Made by a program: the position numbers and the translations under genes. The notes below the pieces were generated by a model. It had not been told where the DNA came from and searched no databases. It worked only from the letters and a program-made list of their open reading frames with translations. Positions 60,442-64,000 of a stretch of 64,000 nucleotides of DNA are shown here, piece after piece. The stretch is from Pseudomonadota bacterium (GTDB lineage: Bacteria; Pseudomonadota; Gammaproteobacteria; Eutrophobiales; Eutrophobiaceae). The stretch is from positions 678,527 through 742,526 of the forward strand of contig JAYQJO010000001.1 of NCBI GenBank assembly GCA_038142205.1. Direction: 5' to 3'. Positions within the stretch are counted from its first letter, which is position 1; the number at the start of each line of letters is the position of its first letter.

Positions 60442-63078
60442 TTATGTCAGCTCAAATGACTCTACCATGTTTGATTCAGTAAGATTTTTCTGAATTTCTC
60501 CGACAAAATTGCCCAAGGTATAATCTGTTCCTGCAGTAATTGCATCAGTTAATAGCGTTGAGTCCTCTATGCCGTATGTAATGATTTTTATATTTTTTGA
60601 TTTAATATATTGAAGTAAGGTTAGTTTTTCTTCTTGTTCTTCATTATCTGAGACACTGTTTTCTTCTGAATTTGGTGCAAGCACATCTGATAATTTTTGT
60701 AACTGTTCGGTATTTGCAATCAATAACTTTGATGTGGTTAAAGAACAATATTCAGATAAGTTTTCAATCGTGTTTAAATTCGAAAGCGAAACAGTAAAGC
60801 CGTGCGTTTTACGTAAAGTATCAATCAATGCCTGAGCACGTTTTTGATGCTTAATAAAAAGATCAAGTGGCACATCCAATATTATTGATTTTCCGGGGCT
60901 GTATTTTTTTGTTTGCTGCAATATTTTTTGTAACCACTGGAATAATGCTATATCTGAAAACCACGATTCAGTTGCACTAACTAAAAAAAGATACTGACAT
61001 TCACTGGTGCCACTTTCTGTAATTCTCAAGAATATTTGTCTGAGTACCCATTCATTTATTGCTTGTTGTAATGTAAGTGAAAAAGCAGAAGTGTCTGCTA
61101 AATATTCATTAAGCGCTTCATTTTCTGATAAAGCTTGAAGCCCTGTTTTATAAATTTCTCTGGGATCGCTTTCATCTTCAAACATGGCAGTAACAGGTTG
61201 ATACGTCTGAATGATTTTGTTTTCATCAATTAATTTATTGATTTGACTTTCGATTTCTTCAATCGAAGACTCGCTGTTTTCTTCGTTTTCATCTTCCTGC
61301 TTTGTTTTCTGAGCTGCTTTTTCATTAGCTTGCTTTTGCACTTCTTCCTGAAGTGCATTGCTATTTTTAGTTTCTTCTATTTTCGTTATCCGTGGAGTCA
61401 CTTCTTTGTTATCAGCAGGTTTTTCTACTTCAGTATCTGGCTGATTTTTCTGATTAGTTTTGACCTCAGTCATCGCTTTTAATTCAGCTTCTAATTTTTC
61501 TTTTTGTTCTCTCGCTGCTCGCATTTCTGCTTCAGCTTCTTCCTTTGCTTTGGCAATTGCTTTTAATTCAGCTTCCATTTTTTCTTTTTCTTGCCGTGCC
61601 GCATTCATTTTTGCTTCAGCTTCGGCTTTTTCATTTTCTTCTTGTTCTGCTCGAAGAGCGACTTGGGCCTTTTCGGCCTCTTCTCTCGCTTTTAGTTGAG
61701 CTTGAAGTTTTTCTTTTTCTTCTTCGGCAGCTTTAATTTTCGCTTCAGCTTCAGCTTTTTCTTTTGCTTCCTGTTCTGCTCGAAGAGCGACTTGGGCCTT
61801 TTCGGCTTCTTCTCTCGCTTTTAGTTGAGCCTGAAGTTTTTCTTTTTCTTCTTCGGCAGCTTTAATTTTCGCTTCAGCTTCAGCTTTTTCTTTTGCTTCC
61901 TGTTCTGCTCGAAGAGCGACTTGGGCCTTTTCAGCTTCTTCTCTCGCTTTTAGTTGAGCCTGAAGTTTTTCTTTTTCTTCTTCGGCAGCTTTAATTTTCG
62001 CTTCAGCTTCAGCTTTTTCTTTTGCCTCTTGTTCTTCTTGTATAGCAGCTTGTGCTTTCGCTTGTTCTTCTCTCGCTTTTAATTCAGCTTCAAGCTTTTC
62101 TTTTTCTTCTTCGGCAGCTTTAATTTTCGCTTCAGCCTCAGCTTTTTCTTTTGCTTCTTGTTCAGCATGAGCAGCTTGTTCTTTCGCTTGTTCTTCTCTA
62201 GCTTTTAATTCGCCCTCAAGTTTTTCTTTTTCTTCTTCGGCAGCTTTAATTTTCGCTTCAGCTTCAGCTTTTTCTTTTGCCTCTTGTTCTTCTTGTAGAG
62301 CAGCTTGTTCTTTCGCTTGTTCTTCTCTAGCTTTTAATTCGCCCTCAAGTTTTTCTTTTTCTTCTTCGGCAGCTTTAATATTCGCTTCAGCTTCAGCTTT
62401 TTCTTTTGCTTCCTGTTCAGCTTGTATAGCAGCCTGTGTTTTTTCAGCTTTTTCCTTTGCTTTTAATTCGGCCTCAAGTTTTTTCCTTGCTTCTTCGGCA
62501 GCTTTAATTTTCGCTTCAGCTTCGATTTTTTCTTTTTCTTCTTCGGTAGCTTTAATTTTCGCTTCAGCTTCGGCTTTTTCTTTTGCTTTTCGTTCAGCTT
62601 GTAGCGCGGATTGCGCTTTTTCAGCTTCTTCCTTTGCTTTTAATTTAGCTTCGAGTTTTTTCTTTTCCTCTTCTATGGCCAGCATCTTTGCTTCAGCTTT
62701 TTCTTTCGCCTCCTGTTCTGCTTTCAAAGCTGCTTGCGCTTTTTCTGCTTCTTCTTTTGCTTTTAATTGAGTCTGGAGTTTTTCTTTTTCTGCTTCAGCC
62801 GCTTTAATTCTTGCTTCAGTCTCGGTTTTTTCTTTCGCTTTTTGCTCAGCTTTTAATGCAGCTTGTGCTTTTTCTGCTTCTTCCTTGCTTCTTAATTCTG
62901 CTTCAAGTTTTTCTTTTTCTTCTTCGGCGACTCTAATTCTCGCTTCAACTTCTTCTTTTTCTTTTAGAATGGCTTTAGACTTTTCTTCATTTTTTTCTGC
63001 CGATAAAGTTTCAGCTGCAATTGCATCATTTTGAGACTGTTCTACAAGCTCAGAGGGAGGGCATCTGAATCTTTCCAT
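60442..63078 (-). CDS. The C-terminal two-thirds of a c-di-GMP signalling protein. It has about 14 tandem 43-aa E/K/A-rich helical repeats followed by a degenerate EAL domain.
   Basis: The repeats are of the form 'AEAEAKIKAAEEEKEKLQAQLKAREEAEKAQVALRAEQEAKEK', encoded by 129-bp units at ~61440-62990. The C-terminal ~260 aa have an EAL-fold topology ('TYQPVTAMF', '...IITYGIEDSTLLTDAITAGTDYTLGNFVG'). However, the EAL and DDFGTG motifs are replaced. Confidence 0.7.
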   Translation of the reverse strand: MERFRCPPSELVEQSQNDAIAAETLSAEKNEEKSKAILKEKEEVEARIRVAEEEKEKLEAELRSKEEAEKAQAALKAEQKAKEKTETEARIKAAEAEKEKLQTQLKAKEEAEKAQAALKAEQEAKEKAEAKMLAIEEEKKKLEAKLKAKEEAEKAQSALQAERKAKEKAEAEAKIKATEEEKEKIEAEAKIKAAEEARKKLEAELKAKEKAEKTQAAIQAEQEAKEKAEAEANIKAAEEEKEKLEGELKAREEQAKEQAALQEEQEAKEKAEAEAKIKAAEEEKEKLEGELKAREEQAKEQAAHAEQEAKEKAEAEAKIKAAEEEKEKLEAELKAREEQAKAQAAIQEEQEAKEKAEAEAKIKAAEEEKEKLQAQLKAREEAEKAQVALRAEQEAKEKAEAEAKIKAAEEEKEKLQAQLKAREEAEKAQVALRAEQEAKEKAEAEAKIKAAEEEKEKLQAQLKAREEAEKAQVALRAEQEENEKAEAEAKMNAARQEKEKMEAELKAIAKAKEEAEAEMRAAREQKEKLEAELKAMTEVKTNQKNQPDTEVEKPADNKEVTPRITKIEETKNSNALQEEVQKQANEKAAQKTKQEDENEENSESSIEEIESQINKLIDENKIIQTYQPVTAMFEDESDPREIYKTGLQALSENEALNEYLADTSAFSLTLQQAINEWVLRQIFLRITESGTSECQYLFLVSATESWFSDIALFQWLQKILQQTKKYSPGKSIILDVPLDLFIKHQKRAQALIDTLRKTHGFTVSLSNLNTIENLSEYCSLTTSKLLIANTEQLQKLSDVLAPNSEENSVSDNEEQEEKLTLLQYIKSKNIKIITYGIEDSTLLTDAITAGTDYTLGNFVGEIQKNLTESNMVESFELT
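61440..62990 (-). repeat. About 14 tandem copies of a 129-bp (43-codon) coding repeat, several identical at the nucleotide level.
   Basis: The periodicity is seen in 'tcttcggcagctttaattttcgcttcagc' recurring at 61721, 61850 and 61979 (interval 129). Confidence 0.85.
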
Positions 63079-63716
63079 ATGTAAAAGGAATTGCCTATTG
63101 AGCTACTAGCATTATCACATGCTGCAGATGCTATATAAATTAACTGTCCTGCTGTTTTATCAAATACCCCAAGTTTTAAAATACCTATGCTGACAGAAAA
63201 AACATATTTTTCTTCAGCGAACTTAAAAGTACTTTTTGCAAGATGATCACATAAACCTTGCATATTAAAACTCAGTGTTTCCAAATTAATCGGGTAATCA
63301 ATTTGAATTCCAATTTCTGTATCACTAATTTTTGTAATATTTGGGTTGCATGCGCCTAATTTAAAAGTGTCATAACTGTTTTTCGCAATGTGATTGATTA
63401 ACCTGTCTTTGCCTATGACACCAACCTGTTCTTCAATAAGATCAAGATTGTCAGGTTTGATAATAATAAGTGCACGCTCAGGAAGGTTTGAATCAAATGC
63501 TTTTTCAAGATTTTCATAAAATACTTCTTTGCTAAAAGAGCGGTTATGTTGTGTTAATTCCTGTTTTTTTTGGCGTTCAGCTTTTTTAGCTTCCCATGCA
63601 TGGATGACGGATTGTTTTAATTTGTCTTTGGTTAGTGACTGTTTAGGTAGGTATTCATATATTCCCGTTTTTAATGCGCGCACCGCAATTTCTTCAGTGC
63701 CTGCGCCTGTTAGCAT
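63042..63716 (-). CDS. Degenerate GGDEF-like domain; the middle segment of the same signalling gene.
   Basis: '...MLTGAGTEEIAVRALKTGIYEYLPK' is the end of a REC domain. Then come GGDEF-like elements ('ALIIIKPDNLDLIEE', 'KYVFSVSIGIL') without a GG(D/E)EF motif. The 37-nt overlap with the downstream ORF is in a frame that differs by one nucleotide, as a single-base deletion would produce. Confidence 0.6.
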   Translation of the reverse strand: MLTGAGTEEIAVRALKTGIYEYLPKQSLTKDKLKQSVIHAWEAKKAERQKKQELTQHNRSFSKEVFYENLEKAFDSNLPERALIIIKPDNLDLIEEQVGVIGKDRLINHIAKNSYDTFKLGACNPNITKISDTEIGIQIDYPINLETLSFNMQGLCDHLAKSTFKFAEEKYVFSVSIGILKLGVFDKTAGQLIYIASAACDNASSSIGNSFYIWKDSDALPLSL

Positions 63717-63979
63717 TATTGTTGCGGGGAATGTGTTTTTTTGTGATGCTTATGGAGTACATCCAGTCCTGTTGTTCCAACGATCGATAAGTGATAATCA
63801 AGTAACAATACATCTATATCTGACCAGTTATAGCTATCATCAGGCACGCCTTCAAAAACCGGATCAAGTTCAATAACTTCAGTGCCGGGTAAAAGCTTGC
63901 TGATAAATGTATTTATTAATTTACGATAATCAGAATTATCATCGATGATTAATATTTTTTCTAAATTAGAATCAGACAT
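63716..63979 (-). CDS. Response-regulator receiver (REC) domain; the N-terminal segment of the same gene. It is separated from the rest by a -1 frame change in a T7/A7 run at 63737-63743.
   Basis: 'KILIIDDNSDYRKLI...DVLLLDYHL...GLDVLHKHHKK'. Then, with A8 in place of A7, 'NTFPATIMLTGAGTEEIAVRALKTG' gives a complete CheY-like fold. Confidence 0.7.
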   Translation of the reverse strand: MSDSNLEKILIIDDNSDYRKLINTFISKLLPGTEVIELDPVFEGVPDDSYNWSDIDVLLLDYHLSIVGTTGLDVLHKHHKKTHSPQQ

Positions 63980-64000
63980 AAGTTATAAAAATTATTGTAT

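Noticed and set aside
61243-61736. Three plus-strand ORFs of 63-79 aa within the 129-bp repeat array.
   Set aside because: They are generated by the periodic repeat on the non-coding strand (Phe/Leu/Ser-rich). The minus-strand reading is a continuous 878-aa ORF.
61440-62990. A possible CRISPR array or other non-coding repeat.
   Set aside because: The units are 129 bp and contiguous, with no spacers. They maintain one long open reading frame with a 43-aa periodicity. This is a coding tandem repeat.

Overview
This 64 kb window is an AT-rich gammaproteobacterial chromosome segment. Its conserved core is tRNA-Leu, then tig-clpP-clpX-lon-hupB, then tRNA-Val and tRNA-Asp, then ppiD. Around the core are accessory-looking loci. 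At the 5' end is a cluster for giant cysteine-rich surface proteins: a partial Calx-beta/EGF-like protein, a repeat protein with a 99%-identical 414-bp tandem duplication, an outer-membrane beta-barrel with a C-terminal extension, and small secreted Cys proteins. There is a fabI gene, a YejABEF-like peptide ABC importer with an embedded YciA thioesterase, and a glutathione/redox island (gor, a YfcG-like GST, and a DedA protein overlapping an FAD disulfide oxidoreductase). An mlaFED operon has mlaC inverted on the other strand. A ~3.4 kb Sel1-repeat locus carries a recurring GFFSRLF(G) motif and an in-frame amber codon. A DUF1302/DUF1329/MMPL-RND/TetR cluster is present, along with a 2-TM K+ channel, a Y-family polymerase, and glxK/avtA/sohB. 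At the 3' end is a very unusual signalling gene: REC, then a degenerate GGDEF, then about 14 copies of a 43-aa E/K/A-rich repeat (129-bp units), then a degenerate EAL. A recurring quality signal is that at least 9 genes are interrupted by apparent single-base deletions, most of them in homopolymer tracts, all consistent with one base too few. That points to sequencing under-calls rather than pseudogenes, with the exception of one genuine-looking TAG nonsense codon in the Sel1 locus. No CRISPR arrays, IS elements or rRNA genes were seen.
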